This document shows, piece by piece, positions 24,721 to 39,290 of a stretch of DNA of 64,000 bases. Source of the stretch: Octopus sinensis (Eukaryota); assembly GCF_006345805.1 (NCBI RefSeq), contig NC_043006.1, positions 62,310,001 to 62,374,000 on the forward strand. The letters run 5' to 3'. A program made the translations under genes and the position numbers. Numbering within the stretch: position 1 is the stretch's first letter; each line of letters begins with the position of its first letter. The notes under the pieces were generated by a model. It saw only the letters and a list, made by a program, of their open reading frames with translations. It was not told the DNA's origin and made no database searches.

Positions 24721-26439
24721 GCACTCGCGCGCGCGCACAAACAGACATATGCAGTAAGCACTAATTTTATATACAGATATTTCTGCCTATCAGTGTTATT
24801 TGACTTGCTGATATATTTTCTAATAGTATTTGCAATTCACGCACAACTAAAGGATATATGTCAATTTTTCGTTCTATTGTTTGAAAACATGAAGCAATAT
24901 GGTTTTCTTTCTTTTTAATACATCGATAATATTTTTCGAGTTAAAGAACAATTATTATTAATGAAGTTCGTGATGCCAAGAGAATTCAACCTATCTTCAT
25001 TATCTATTTTTTTTTAATATTCGTTTTCAGAATACTCCAGGTATCTTGTATTTATGCAGTGCAAATTAATATTGCCTCAGCTTTAGCTATTATCATGTTA
25101 AATTGATTATCACTGTTGCCTTCACTGGCCTGACGCACACCATCACATATTATCTGTAATGAATGTAATGCACTCAACTGTTGTGATTATGCGGTGTTAT
25201 GATCGATATAGAATACCTATCTCTGAATTTTTGAAGCGTTATTTCTTTCATAGCATCGAGCTCATAATGACGCAATAATGGTTATTAATTGTATAATATT
25301 GTTGATTGGCGTTACTAATCGCTTTTACCAAAGATGTACAACTAATACATAGTTTGTCATATATTAAAAACATCTTAATATATATTTTAGAGAAGGAAAT
25401 ACAGTTCATTGTTTTTACTCTAAAATTATCGGCATAATGAAGATTTCTTTAAGATGTAAAAACATGCCGTTGGGAACTCACAAAAATGTCTTGCTGCTTC
25501 GCTTTATAAAACCTATATGAACAGAATGTTCTTAAGTGCATTTCCATCAAGAACTTATGTAGATATTCCGAGGATACATCTTACAAAAACAGAACAAAAA
25601 TATGTGGCCACTACTAAGGATCAACTTTTAATTTTTAGTACCATAAAATTATAGACAATGCAGAGGACACAATCTATGTACAGCTCTCTTGCTTTTCTAA
25701 CATCTCACCATTTTCATAGGCGTATTATTTGCATACAGTCTAAGTGTCATAATCGATCTCTTGTGCTAATCTATGTTACAGTATTATAGAGTTTGTACTT
25801 ACATGTTGAGGCTTTATCGGGGATAACTGTATGGTGCGTTACCAGACAACATGATAAATGAAGTGATCATTGTCTTGTTACTGCACAGTCCCTCTGTACA
25901 TTTTATACTATAGACTACACTCCTGGCTTTACAGTTTATTTGTGGGCTAAATTTACATACAGTACACTTCCTGCTAAAAGGAAAGGTTCTACCTATTAGG
26001 GATTTGATAGTGTTACCTGGCCTTGCTACAACCGTAATTCTTAGCTTAAGGTTTCTAGGGTCCTTCTAAAGCGGTACGTCGTTCACATGTAGGGGTGGTG
26101 TCCGAACATGACGTTCTGGTATTTGTACCATGAGTTGGCCTTCTCTAGTTCCTTCTTAGTCCATTGAATGGTGTTCCATGGCTTCAACCTACAGAATAGG
26201 GAAATCCCATTCCTATCGTTACGTACGATAATTTCAAATTTCCTCGTGACTCCTTTGTATACTCTGATCCTCTTTCTATGGCTATATACTGGTAAATGCA
26301 TGCAGGACACATTTCTCATTACTATGACGAGGTCTGCCATCAATAAATAATTGAATTTGGCATTGTCCACGATAGCTGAGTTCCGGTGGACCAAGTATTT
26401 GGAGGCCATAGGTTTGGTATAGTGTGAATAGACAATCAT

Positions 26440-26489
26440 GTGTATATATACATACATACATACATACATGAATATACACACACACATAT

Positions 26490-26533
<44 letters not shown>

Positions 26534-26646
26534 CATACATACACACATACATGAATATACACACATATATATATCTATATGCATACATATATACATGCAT
26601 ATACATATACAGATATACATACACACAACCATGCACATATACATGC

Positions 26647-26677
<31 letters not shown>

Positions 26678-26725
26678 GATAGATAGATAGTTAGATAGAT
26701 AGTTAGATAGATAGTTAGATAGATA
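26440..26725. repeat. (TACA)/(TA)/(GATA) compound microsatellite
   Basis: Directly visible. Confidence 0.9.
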
Positions 26726-27791
26726 TATTCACTCATATAAATACATCTGCACATAGATCTGTACATATATTCTTGCATACATATTCACATATAATAACAT
26801 GTACTTACAATAGTACACATATGTGCACGTACGTGTCTGTGTTAGCAACCTATACAGCCATAGACACGTGTATATAAATAGTATTTCGCAGAAATCAGTA
26901 CATACATATACATATATGATTACATAACTTTCCTTGTGCCCATACACTCGCACACGCACATATACACATATATGTAGTCACTGGCAATCCACACACACAT
27001 ACACACACAGAGTCGCATGATTATGCATTCATATACACACATACATTCATGTATATTAAAATAAATATTAAAAGTATAAAATATATAAATTATATAAATA
27101 TAGATATGTGAATACATATCAGGCATTTTTGGTTTTGTTTTCTTAAAAAGCGGTAATATGATTATTATTTAAAGGTAGTTTTCTGAATAATAGTCAAACT
27201 CATGTATGTGTTGCCAATTGTCTATATTCAGAACATAGAATAAATTAAATAGTTAAAGCATGTGTTACTAACAATGGGTGATTGGTATAAAAAAAAATAC
27301 TAAATATAGATGTAATGGATGTGTAATATAATAATATAAATGATGTTTAAATTAAATAATCATCATGAACAAATGTATAAAAAAGAGATATAAAATATTA
27401 AAATATAAATTAAAAAATATGTGTGCATATTTTGTTGTTATATTGTTGTTAATAATGTGTTAATTTAGTTATTAATGAAAAAGTAGTTGTATAAATAATA
27501 GTCAAACGGATCTGAATATTACCAAATATGTGCTTTCAAAATTTAGAATGATAGTCAAACAGTTACCAACTTTAGCTATAATGTATGCTCGCTCAAATGT
27601 CGGTAGAATGTTATTCATATTAAATCCAATACCTCCATTTAATAATTTTTCATTTGCAGGGTTATAAACCATATTTTATCCAGAGACCTATTATTTTATG
27701 GATATTAACCTCACCCCTACAATTCGGAATAGAACCAGTATCTTCTTCTATGATACCATCTATCTATGAGGCTAATATAACCTTTACTTGG

Positions 27792-27795
<4 letters not shown>

Positions 27796-27826
<31 letters not shown>

Positions 27827-28193
27827 ATGCATTTATGCGCGTATGCATTTATGCATGCATACATACATACATGCATGTATATATACATGCATACATAGAT
27901 ACATACATACATACATACATATATACATACATACATACATATATACATACATACATATATACATGCATACGTATATACATACATATATACATATATACAG
28001 ATATATATATACATATATATATACATATATACATATATACATACATATATATATACATATATGCATATATATATACATATATATATATGCATATATATAT
28101 AATATACATATATATATATATATATATGCATATATATATATACATATATACATATATATATACATATATACATATATATATATACATATATAC

Positions 28194-28247
<54 letters not shown>

Positions 28248-28311
28248 TATATATATACATATATACATATATATACATATATATATATATATATACAATA
28301 TACATATATAT

Positions 28312-28360
<49 letters not shown>
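27796..28360. repeat. ~560-bp (TA)/(TACA)/(GA) compound microsatellite
   Basis: Directly visible. Confidence 0.95.
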
Positions 28361-28379
28361 GTTGAAATTGAAATTTACA

Positions 28380-29520
28380 TTAAAAATCCGAAGACATATG
28401 TATGAACAACAGGCAGGTGTATTAGTGGATTTAGCGATGAAGCATGACGACTGGTTGAGAAAAAAGGATTGATAGGAGAGGTAGACAGAAGGGGATATAA
28501 TGAAACGAAGGTACGTGTGCTTGTGTGTATGTGGGAATATGTGAGTGGATAGGGGCTAGTGGCTTTGACCTACTGATATGTACGTATGTCTGGTGTCTGT
28601 AAGATGTGGATGTGAGGATGATGGTGTGCAGATGAGCGTGTGAGGGTGTGCGGATGAGTGTTTATGGGTGTGCAGATGATGGTGTGTGTTATGTTTGATG
28701 GGAAGTTTTTATTTCTAGTGTGCGGGGAGAGGTGTGGGATAGTGTGATGTGTTGTGGGAGTGTGGTGGTGCGTGGATGTGGGGATGTGTGTGATGTGGAT
28801 GTGAGTGTGTAGGGTTGAGTTTGGTTGCAGATGGTATCTATGAAGTAAGTTAGTTGTTAGAAGTGATGAGAGGAAGTAGGTGTCAGAAGAAGAGAGGAGA
28901 GGAGGGAATTACAGCCCCTGTGACACAAGGAATGAAGTGTGAAAATTAAATCCTTTTCTCGGCGAAGGCGGGAGTCCCAATGTTCCCTGTGGAAGGACAA
29001 TTCTAACACAGACGGTTATTTTTAGTAAATGACCGGTGTCCGAGGTGTCTTTGGCGACTCTGAATGTTTCGGAGGTGCTCTGCAAACCACTCCGCCAAGC
29101 GGCGTCCCGTTTGACCGATGTAAAGAGAAGGGCAGAACGCGCAGGAGATGCAGTAAATTGCGTTGACAGCGGTACTTTTAAAGGAGTCGATGATATGATA
29201 GAGACGATGAGGGTGCTTGTGAGGATGGTGGTTTTGGAGAGGTAGGGGCAAATACGCAGCGTGGCCGAGAGCAGAGGAACGAGCCGGTTGGTTGATGGGG
29301 TTAGGGAAGCAACTGTAGACCAGGAGGGAAGGGTTAGGTCGGGGAAGATGTGCGAGAGGAAGTGGCTGGACCGGAGTCGCCAGAAGGCTCGGAGAATGTT
29401 GCATTGGAGGGGCAGGGTGGAAGTGGGGTAAGTGAAGGGAAACAGGAGAAGGCAACGACGCGTTGAGCGCGGTCTACTGAACGTGCTCTGCCCTGGGCTA
29501 TGTGGATAGTGGTGAGGGGA
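28380..29520 (-). mobile_element. Penelope-like element 3' remnant with GIY-YIG endonuclease
   Basis: SFKSTAVNAIYCISCAFCPSLYIGQTGRRLAEWFAEHLRNI (ORF 29003-29455) is a GIY-YIG domain with the PLE CxxC insertion; frameshifted, followed by a CA-rich 3' region. Confidence 0.85.
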
Positions 29521-29775
29521 TATACACCAATGATATATTCTCACACACAAACCTATTTTATGTGCACCCTGCACACACATATACGCACTTATATATACTT
29601 ACACATATATTCCTGCACACACACTCATATACATACCCAAATGTTAATGCCCGATGTTAAGGTTCGAAGTATATAAAAATCCTACCAATACTACTGGGTT
29701 ATTCTGAAATTGACCCAGTTCTATGATGTGCTCTAACACGTTCTTAACGGAATAACGGAATACAACATTATATAT

Positions 29776-29826
<51 letters not shown>

Positions 29827-30071
29827 TATCTATTTCTTCGTTATGTTTCACTTTCCTTCCGTTAAATGTAATGTTATTTCTAATTGGAAACATCTTTTCT
29901 GTGGCTATACTAACGGAGCTATTTTTAGCACTAGAGCTATCCACATAGTGGTAACTCTCTAATAATGTATGTATACATTTGTATTATCTCGCTAGTTTTA
30001 CGTGCTAAGCCACTTGGTGTTAAATTAATGGTATTATAAAATTAATACCAACTTTTGACCCTCATTTATAA

Positions 30072-30152
<81 letters not shown>

Positions 30153-30154
30153 AA

Positions 30155-31010
30155 ACGACAACCGTGACTTTGATACTCAATCTCAATTCACGGCTCGCTA
30201 CTTCACCCTTCGTGGATATCCCCTCACTACTATCCACACAGCCCATACTAGAGAACGTTCCATGGACCGTGCTTATGCCCTCTCACCCCGCGCCTGACCC
30301 GGTGTTGCCCGTCTCCCTTTTCCTCTCACCTACCAACCCTACATTCTACCCCATTCTCCGAGCCTTTTAGCGACTCCAGTCCAGCCCCTCTGCCTCGCAC
30401 AATCTTCCCAACGAACCAGTTCTCTCCTTCAAATGAGTCTACAACCTGCGGTACCTCCTTGTCTAGTTTCTTCCCTAACCCCAACTCCCAACCTGGTTCA
30501 TTCTCCTACTCCCGTCCAAGCTGCTGCACATGCCCCTAAACCACCATCCTCACAGGCACCCTATCATATCACCATCTCCTTCAGCTGCACTTTTATCAAT
30601 GTCGCTTACTTCATCTCCTGCTCTTTCTCCTCTTCTCTGTAAATCGGGCAAAGGGGACGCCGTTAAACTGAGCGGTTCGCAGGGAAACTCTGAAACATTA
30701 GACTCGCCAATTACACCCCCGTCTTGCGCCATTTCCGCTCTAACGGTCATTTGCTGTTTTTACGGTTTGTTTTTTCACAGTGGCCATCCGGACTCCCGCC
30801 TTCGACGCGAACAGAAATGAATCTTCTCTCTTCGCTCCGTTTCTCCGCTTGGGCTCAACTCCCCTTCTCTCTTCATTTGACTCCTCTCTTTATATGATAC
30901 CTACTTACTCTCTTCATTCCTGCCCCCTCTCTTTTCTTCTTCTGACACCTACTTCTCTTCAATCCTACTCACCTTCTCTCTTCATTGATTCCCCACGCCA
31001 CCCAGTGCAT
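30155..31010 (+). mobile_element. Second, more decayed Penelope-like GIY-YIG remnant in opposite orientation
   Basis: SFSCTFINVAYFISCSFSSSL*IGQRGRR*TERFAG; nucleotide similarity to the reverse complement of 28850-29460 (ATTCTCCGAGCCTT..GCGACTCC.GTCCAGCC, GGACTCCCGCCTTCG, CTTCTGACACCTACTTC). Confidence 0.8.
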
Positions 31011-31299
31011 ATAGCCTGACGCGGCGCACAAAGGTATATCTTTCATAGCTCATTTGGCAACACTAGAAACGCTGCTTAATAGCTGTGTTTACACTTGCCA
31101 AATGATGAAACGTTTTGTACATAGATATGAACAAATAAAACTATGAAAGTTATATCAAATACAATACATCATAAACTCTTGATTTATTGAAATTATATTT
31201 CCTTGAAGAGATTAATAAAATACTAGCGGCAACTGTGAACGATTCGGCATGCAAAGAGAAGATAATCTCCAGAAATTAACAATTCACGTATTTATTCTA

Positions 31300-31560
31300 T
31301 TAAATAATAGACCTTGTATTATTTTTCTGGGGAGAGAACGACCAATGCTGTGCAACACATGGCACTTGTCTTAAAATAAAAACATTGTTCTTCTTTGATT
31401 TTGTTTGCATAGAAATTGCCCATAGATTTGGATGATATTTTCTTCTCCCACATTCGAAACTTCAGCCACATATGCCGATCCCTTACAACGATGTCTCGCA
31501 AATGTATGCAACCCTGCTCATTCATCGAAGAATGGTTTCATGCTCACTGCTGCCTTGACG
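31300..31560 (-). mobile_element. Possible decayed mariner 5' fragment
   Basis: FYANKIKEEQCFYFK resembles a mariner N-terminus (EQR..IKF); weak. Confidence 0.3.
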
Positions 31561-32830
31561 TCCCACTCCATAATGAACAGTCTACACACGTGAGTTACAG
31601 CTGTTTCTTTTCCCCTTGTATCAGTTTCACCATTCGAGATATGTAAGATTTTAACAACAAACATACATTCCTGTACGATCGCTATTATGTTTTGCCTTAT
31701 TGTCTTTTATAGTAGTGAATAATCAATAATATCAGCGAAAAATGTATGTATTAAGTAAAAAAACAGAAATGCTGTAGACATTTCTCAAGCGTTTTACCAG
31801 AATTTTAAGCGTATTGAGCTGCCTGGCTGAAAAGTCGTGAACCAATACCTCAAAGACGTAGAAGGATATTTATTGTATTTTTCTATAACAAGTTAAATTT
31901 ACCTTCCTTCTGTTAGAAAGTCTCGACAACTTTTATGAGATTGACCAGTTTTGAGATAATGAACATGGCCTCCAATTTTTAACTCCATAACGCAATTAGA
32001 TGATGGAAAATTGATCTTGCCCCGTATTTTGAATGTTGCTCAATTTAGTTTCACAAGATGTGTTATTTTGATATACCACATCTGGCAATATCTTTGGGTT
32101 AGGTTTGTCTCAGTCATATCTCTATAATAAGGCTTTACAAGGCCATGAACCTTCTTTGGAATATCATTGTCCTTTCGCAGTATTTTGGGCGTAAAGGAAA
32201 GCCTGATCCTCATATTACTAGCAGTTTTAAGTATATTTTAAGTGTAACCTTAAAACGTAATTACATTTCAGCTGTGTCATAACAGTATGAGTAATGAAAG
32301 ACATGTACGTCCGTAACACCCATAAGGGTATCCTTCCCTGTCACAGATATCTTTTTATTTGACCCCAGCTTTATTGACTTGGGCAAGGGAATGGTAAGAA
32401 AACAAATACTTAATGTATTTCAATAGTGGTAGTTCCTAAATCTGAAAGAAAAATAGAATAACGTGATGAAACTCGAAGCAATCTAATAATGGAGAAATAT
32501 AATCACTGCTCGTTCTTCTGGTATTTTTTGTAACAGAGCTTACTAAATCTGATTATTTTGTAGGTGCTAGAAACAAATAATGGTTCTAGCCCTTGTTTCA
32601 TAGGTCAGTTAATAGCTTCATAGTCTTTTTTTTTCAATAGTATTTGTTGTAATAGCCACATCCAGAGATATTTCATGTAGTTTACCCCAGTTTTCTTCCG
32701 CGACAGAAACGATATTTTTCAATCAGACACTAATTCTCTTCGGTCATTATTGTTTATTGTCCTTTTCTTTTATTACGTCATTCTCTCTATATTTCCATCA
32801 TTTACTATTTCAGGCAAATATACGTGGTAC

Positions 32831-33018
32831 GCTGGGAGAAACGTTTGCGCGCGGCGTAAACTGCTTAGTGACATTTAGTCCGTCTTCATATACCGAATTC
32901 AAATTCTGTCGAGGTCGACTCTGCATTTCATTCTTTCGGAACCGATGAAATAAGTACCAGTCAAGTACTAGTATCGATGCAGTCGACTTCTTCCTCCCCT
33001 GAATAAATTGCTGGTCCT
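32831..33018 (+). mobile_element. Old copy of SINE family 3
   Basis: AATTCAAATTCTGTCGAGGTCGACTCTGCATTTCATTCTTTCGG..GATGAAATAAGTACCAG. Confidence 0.8.
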
Positions 33019-36000
33019 ATTATTATTTTCAATTATAAATAGTATGTTTGTTTTCAAGAGAACACATATCGTTTCATAGTTAAGTGCATAAGGGAATCTT
33101 CGATATTTTTCTTTTTTTTTTTAATAGACTGTGTATCATATTTGAAATGTTAGATAAACCTTTCCCGTATAATTATTGCACGTTTTCTGATTTTCTGCTC
33201 TGGGCATAGCGCCAGTATAACTACTTGGTTATAGTTATCAATGAATTCCAGTTTTGTGAGGACTGGACAGCTAAAGATACGAGACATCTATTTCTCTCTT
33301 TAAATTCTCTGCACACTCAGCCATTCATATTATTAATCGATTTTCACTAGCAAAGCAATCGTGTTGTTTGAAAACACGCCTCGCTTTTCCATCTTTAGTC
33401 TGAAGCTTTTCAACCATCGTTATCTTTATGCATATTCTTGCTTCATTTATCCTTGCTGCGTATTGACCAGTGGGCGAAATTATTCCCTCCAGTTTGAATG
33501 AATATTATTTTCAGTTCCCTTTCATAATTCATTTTACTCTCTTTGTATTTCATATTTCCCGCAATCTTCTATGTAGCTAATACTTTTAGTACATATTTAA
33601 TATTTTTTGTCCTTCATGTTTTCAATTGACGAATAATAAAATTGCATAATTATGTCCTTTATAGTTATATTATGCGCTTTAATTACATATTTTATAGTTG
33701 TTTTCTCTCTTTTAAAGAACGAAAGGAATTCATGGGATAATTTATATTAATAATTTATTGGAAACTCTTGATTCAGTTTCACTGAGGAGCATAAACCTCA
33801 CAATTTAGGATATCTTTTAGTTAATACTCGTTGAAAATTATAGCCACTGATTCGAATGAAAGTAAAAATAGACGGTAAGAACATGGTTATAAACATAATC
33901 GTAACATTCGACTACAACGTTTGATCTACGTACTGCACAGAATATAAAGGAATGGACTCTTAGGATTTGCTAGGCCTCTCCAGTTAGAAGCAAGTGGTTT
34001 ACTTGCCGTACGATGACTGCTGATTAATGTTAATTATTATATCATAACAAGACCGGTTATTTCGACATAGATCGCTTGAGCATAATCATATGAAACAAAT
34101 ATTATGTATTCACGTATTCAAAGTGGTAGAAAATTACTGAGATAAAGGTATATAGAAATCTAAGACTACGATACTGTTTCTGTTCTCATTGCCACTGATG
34201 CAAACGTATCATTAACACATATCACAAATTCCGACACATTTCCTTCTCTATTTTACGCCTAATATCTACTCTATTCATTCACTAAAAATCGACATTTAAT
34301 AAAAGATTTGGTGCAAACTATTTCACACGAGCTATTAGTATCACAATAGACAGTGAGACAGTGCACAAAAATGAAAATAAAATTACTCATTGCATGAAAA
34401 ACGAGCAATTGACGAGGAAAAGTGAGCAATTGACAGACTTACTTCAATGACTGGGTATTCTAGTTGAAATGTCAGTCAAATCACATGGAATAGCATATCT
34501 CCACCATCATAAATAGAGAAAAGAATATTATAAGATGTAATCCATGGTAATCCTTCCAAGAAAAGAAAAAGACGTTCGTGTCACTGTCGTAACGGCTCTC
34601 ATCACAAGTCTACTTCAACAGAATTTATTTTGTGTTAGCACAACAACTAAAAAAATGAAAACGTAAAATGCTCTGCAATTTTCATCGAGGGGTGATATTA
34701 TATTTCATTTTATACATGAGAAAATCAATAACGCAAATTAACTTTAGGATTTACGTCACTTTATTTATAGTGTATTGCATCATTTCACAGCAATGTGAGG
34801 CATTTGTTATATTAATATTAGTATTTACCTGTATTTATTTGGTTGATTCCAGAAAAAAAGCATATTATGTAATATAATTAAATATATAAATTAATCTATT
34901 TAATCTTGCTTCAGCAAATACAATTTGCATATGAAAATCGAGATTATTGCATACGAAATCGATTACATTTTTAATTGTATAATCAATCCAGTTTAATGAA
35001 TAGGACAGTTTGTATCAAATTTGAACTATAAAACATTATAGAATTCTCATAGTCACAGACTGTTAATTTATCGTATTTTATTAATAGAATATGTATGAAT
35101 AATTATTTAATAATTTTAATGCCGTGTCCGCACTCATATTGCTTGGCAGCAGTGGCTATCGTTCTTGCTGATGTTACAAATTAAAAATACTGTAAAATCA
35201 AAGCTTACTGGGGGTATATGTTGTATATAGAAATTTTGCCTGGTCTAAGTATTTGGATAATATTTAAGTTTTTAAAAATGCAGCTAATTATTAGAAGGCA
35301 AGGGTGGTATCTTTATTGATGTTGTTGCTATACCTACAACAACACACAGTTTAACTTTTCTGAACAGTAAATTCAACTATTCATGAGCAATAGAACCTTA
35401 AGTAATGATCGATACTTAGACGGTGCGAATTTAAACGCTACTCGTACTAAAAAATGTATTTGTGTACGACTGAATGACACTGTGCGTTCAAAATATCTAA
35501 AATTAATTACTGGTAAAAGTGGCAATCCCCCACGAAAATGGTTCTTAGATTACTGTTCGATTTACCGTTTTTGAATAATGCAATAACATCAGAACAGCTG
35601 CTGTTTTCAAGAAAAAACAATGTAAGCTCTTTGTTAAAGTTACAAATGTTTAGAAATTCCTTATGGTAATTATAAAGATTATTTTCATTGCCACAGAAAT
35701 CTATGCTATTTCAAAAAATGTCATTACATTTTGTCGTTAACGGAATCACAAGTAGCATCTATTTTCCTTTAATATATATCCCTTTAACCTAGATACTATT
35801 AAGAAGCTGTCATAAGTAGCCTGAAATAAACAGGACGTACAGGTTTAACTTTGCATTTTTTTCCAATAAACATTTATAGTTATTGACACTTGGATGTTTT
35901 TTATTCATCCAAAAATCTCCCATTAGTTCGACTTTATGAAAATCGTGTCGACATTGTACAACGCTTCCCAGGAAAACATTTCAAAATCTTTTGCTCTATG

Positions 36001-36149
36001 CATGATCTGTATGTAGAACATATCATGTTGTTTCTATTATTCTCACCCACAAGCATTATGTCTCTCATAAGAACAACAGAACATTATTACAGCAAACTCT
36101 CGAGCAGGCTTACGTGAGACATTTTTAAGAAACTCAATACTAATTATTC

Positions 36150-37050
36150 CTATTCAAATTGAATGGCTATCACTTCATGAACCCCAGGGAAGTCACGACT
36201 TTTCTAGAAAACAAGCAATTATAACTCTGAAATTATATGTGTTGCAGTTGCTAAGTTAAATATGAGAAGCCCATACACCAAACTCTGTAGATGTACCAGC
36301 GTGTGTTGATTCTTATGTGATATATTACGTAAGTGTGTAATATTCATACAACGGGAAGGTTTGAACGTCCATTTCAGCAAAGGTTTGAAGGCGTATGTTG
36401 TGTACCAATTTCTGTCAATGTGAGACAGACGATGTCAGGTGATACACAGACGCTTGAAGAATCTAGTATCTATGTTTAAATATAAACCTCGGTCATAATT
36501 TGCCTCATTTGATTTTCTGTTGTGACTCCGAATGGCTAATGAAATTAGGGCATGTATGAACTAAATTGATTGAAGCAGTGATTCCCATATTTTGTCCTTT
36601 GTAAAACCAAGTCGAAATTCCATTTATTTCTTCTATATCTGTATATTCATTTCCTTTCTATATAGGTATACTGGACATGGAGAACAAAAGGCATTTGGAA
36701 CACAGAATTGATAGTGTCCACTTGCTAGAAATCGTCATAAGTAGATCTTTCAGATTCATTTTACGCCGTTCTTATCATTATGAATATATGGGAAATGATG
36801 ATAAGATGACATCACTACTTCTCCAGGAAATATACATTCCCCTGAAACATGCATATTTTCTTGTGATGTGCCATTGAATTTACAGTACTTAGCCTATGCG
36901 CAGTATGTGCAAAATTGTATTCATTAGCTATTATCACGCACCAGTTGTTGTCAACTTGTATGGTTTCCACTCCGAATATTTCGTGCAAAAGTGCCTTAAT
37001 TAGCAAGCATCAATAGGCTTCAACATCGTTAGAGTTTCGAAATGTCATAT
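36150..37050 (-). mobile_element. Possible very old Helitron Rep-Hel remnant
   Basis: Scattered pieces: QVDNNWCV...AH (cf. VDN.WVVPYN...AHINVE), TYDDF (cf. S..DL), TTYAFKPL (cf. T.HS.FK.P); no continuous frame. Confidence 0.25.
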
Positions 37051-37759
37051 ACTCGTCTTTAGGAATTTACTTTCTTCTCTCTTTTCCGTTTAGGCTTTTC
37101 AATAACGTCTATCCTTATTTCTTGTTATTTATTTCCTTTCCAATGGTCTATTTGTATCCATGTATATTTATAGAAAAAGTAAGGTTGCAGGAAGTATTTG
37201 GCGACAGGATAGAGACGACAGAAATGCTATTTCGTTACGATGATTTGCCATAAGTGATAACATTTGAACATTTGATGGAATTTTTGGTGTGACATTGTGT
37301 GGATGTTTAGACAAAAGGAAAGCTAACAAGAAATAAAACTGATAAGTACAAGCTTTATTTAAAATACAGTGGGTAGGAAAGCCATTGCATTCTAATTTCA
37401 TTTACATTCATAATTCATTCATTATATGTTTTTATGTACCCCATGTATTGTTTTGTCTGTCCTTGTGGTATCCCCTCTCTATAAAAGCCATGTGCCTAAA
37501 TAAAAGGAAAAGAGAGTTATTTGGTAGTCTCACGAGCTACGTCGTGTGAACATTGATTTAACCTCCGCTCTGTGGCACGATATAAAAAATCTATAATGGT
37601 ATTAGTTACTTAGCATAAAAAAACCCATCACGGTAAAAAAAAATATTATCAATTGAGAATTAAGGGTACTAACAAGCTAAGTAGTCAATATGACCAAACC
37701 GCCACTTTTGACTTGACTACGCCACTGATATATGTATTCATTTATATTCCATTGCTCTT

Positions 37760-38200
37760 GTAACGCTCCACTCACTCCGTGAAGGCCCCATGGAAGACCT
37801 CCGAATTGAGGATATATTCCAGACTCTCGTCTTCAAAACGACTACTTCCGAGGTTCTTCTTCAGTTTGGAGGGCAACCAGGTTGCAAGAAGGAAGATTTG
37901 ATTTGGGTTGCAGGCTGATATTGGGACACTTTTAATGCCTATCTCCATCAAATATCTGGTTACGAAGATGCTCATTACTTCGCAAATTGGTAACAAGCTT
38001 TGCGCAAATTCCTCGCTTGCTCACCTCTTCATAAATAATTCTGTGTACATTTACCAAACCAACTTCAAACTGTACGCTTAGTGTCTTTATAGACACACGC
38101 CGGCCTTCATTCAGAAAAATTACGAAGTTTCTCATCCAGCTTTTATGCTCTGACGTCCCTCTCTCTCCCACACCACACATCGTCTACATTCTACAAACTA
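37760..38200 (-). mobile_element. Mariner transposase remnant with the catalytic core deleted
   Basis: HTH RRVSIKTLSVQFEVGLVNVHRIIYEE...ICAKLV is joined directly to C-terminal YLMEIGIKSVP...NP....WLPSKLKKNLGSSRFED (decayed YSPDL..DF.LF.KLK). Confidence 0.8.
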
Positions 38201-39114
38201 GTCAGCTGTGACAAGCAGTGTTTAGTACGGTGTGGTCAAAGAACTATTACATCCGTCAGCTTCTGCATTCGGAAATTTAAAAAAAAAACAATGCTAGGTT
38301 CGCTTATTGGACGTGTAGCGATATGTCAAAATTACAATAATCTAGTGCAGTTATAACAACCGTTCGTATAAAAGATTGAGAATGTCTGGAATGATATCTA
38401 CATTCTTAGCATTCTTATAAAGACCTAATTTTTGCATTTTCGCCAAGGAGTTTTGTCAGTCACAAGTGAGAAAAACATTTCAGTGCAATCAAATTTGCAT
38501 TGCTTAAACTAACGTCCTCTGTCCAAATTCTAAGCTGATCGTTTCATTTTATCTTCCCGCTTGGAATGTACAACAACTAAGTCAAGTATAGCGCATTCGA
38601 TTAGTTCGATTACACACATAGCCAAACTGAGCGGCAGTCTTACTAATTTAGGAATCAATAATTGTCGACAGTTAAACATAGAGTGTACCGGTAATAAAAA
38701 AATCTGATTTCATCTTAAAATATTTAAACTATAAACAAAAGATGATAATGAAAATCATTTACGCTATTTCGATATGATATTATTTGCTTTTCTCTGCTTT
38801 ATAGCTCTTAGAGTGGAAAATATGTGTGGGATGGAGTTGGCAACAGTTTTCTTTTTAGATGTTGTTAAATCATTTAGTGTACGTAATTTTAATATTTTAT
38901 TACATTTTGTGGTATATTTGTTTCGTTTATTAATTAATTTTCTTCTAACATTTATGAAAAAAATGTGACAAAAATCATTGCTCCTTATTCGTTCATACCT
39001 GAAATAAAAGAAATTAAAAATATCTCAACACAATAGACATCGAAAATTACAAAAATATACAACAAACACTGCAATTAAAAAATGTACTAATAAGAACGAC
39101 TACAACATTGACTA

Positions 39115-39184
39115 TGATGAAGAAGAAGTAGGAGAAGGAGAAGAAGAAGAAGGAGGAGGAGGAGGAGGAGAATAATAATAATAA

Positions 39185-39215
<31 letters not shown>

Positions 39216-39290
39216 ACGAAGAAGAAGAAGAAGAAGAAGAAGAAGAAGAAGAAGAAGAAGAAGGAGGAGGAGGTGGAGGAGGAGGAGAAG
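39115..39290. repeat. (GAA)n/(GGA)n/(TAA)n microsatellite
   Basis: Directly visible. Confidence 0.95.

Noticed and set aside
27170-27550. Two diverged ~70-bp direct repeats (GTAGTT..AATAATAGTCAAAC)
   Set aside because: Low identity in very AT-rich DNA; no interpretable structure.
27654-28405. Long YI/HT/CV-repeat ORFs here and throughout the window, including an acceptor-like TTTGCAG at ~27659
   Set aside because: Microsatellite artefacts; no matching donor site or homology.
33180-33500. Possible decayed LTR-retrotransposon RT/RNase H linker on the minus strand (LKRE..CPVLT)
   Set aside because: Too degenerate to support without a search.
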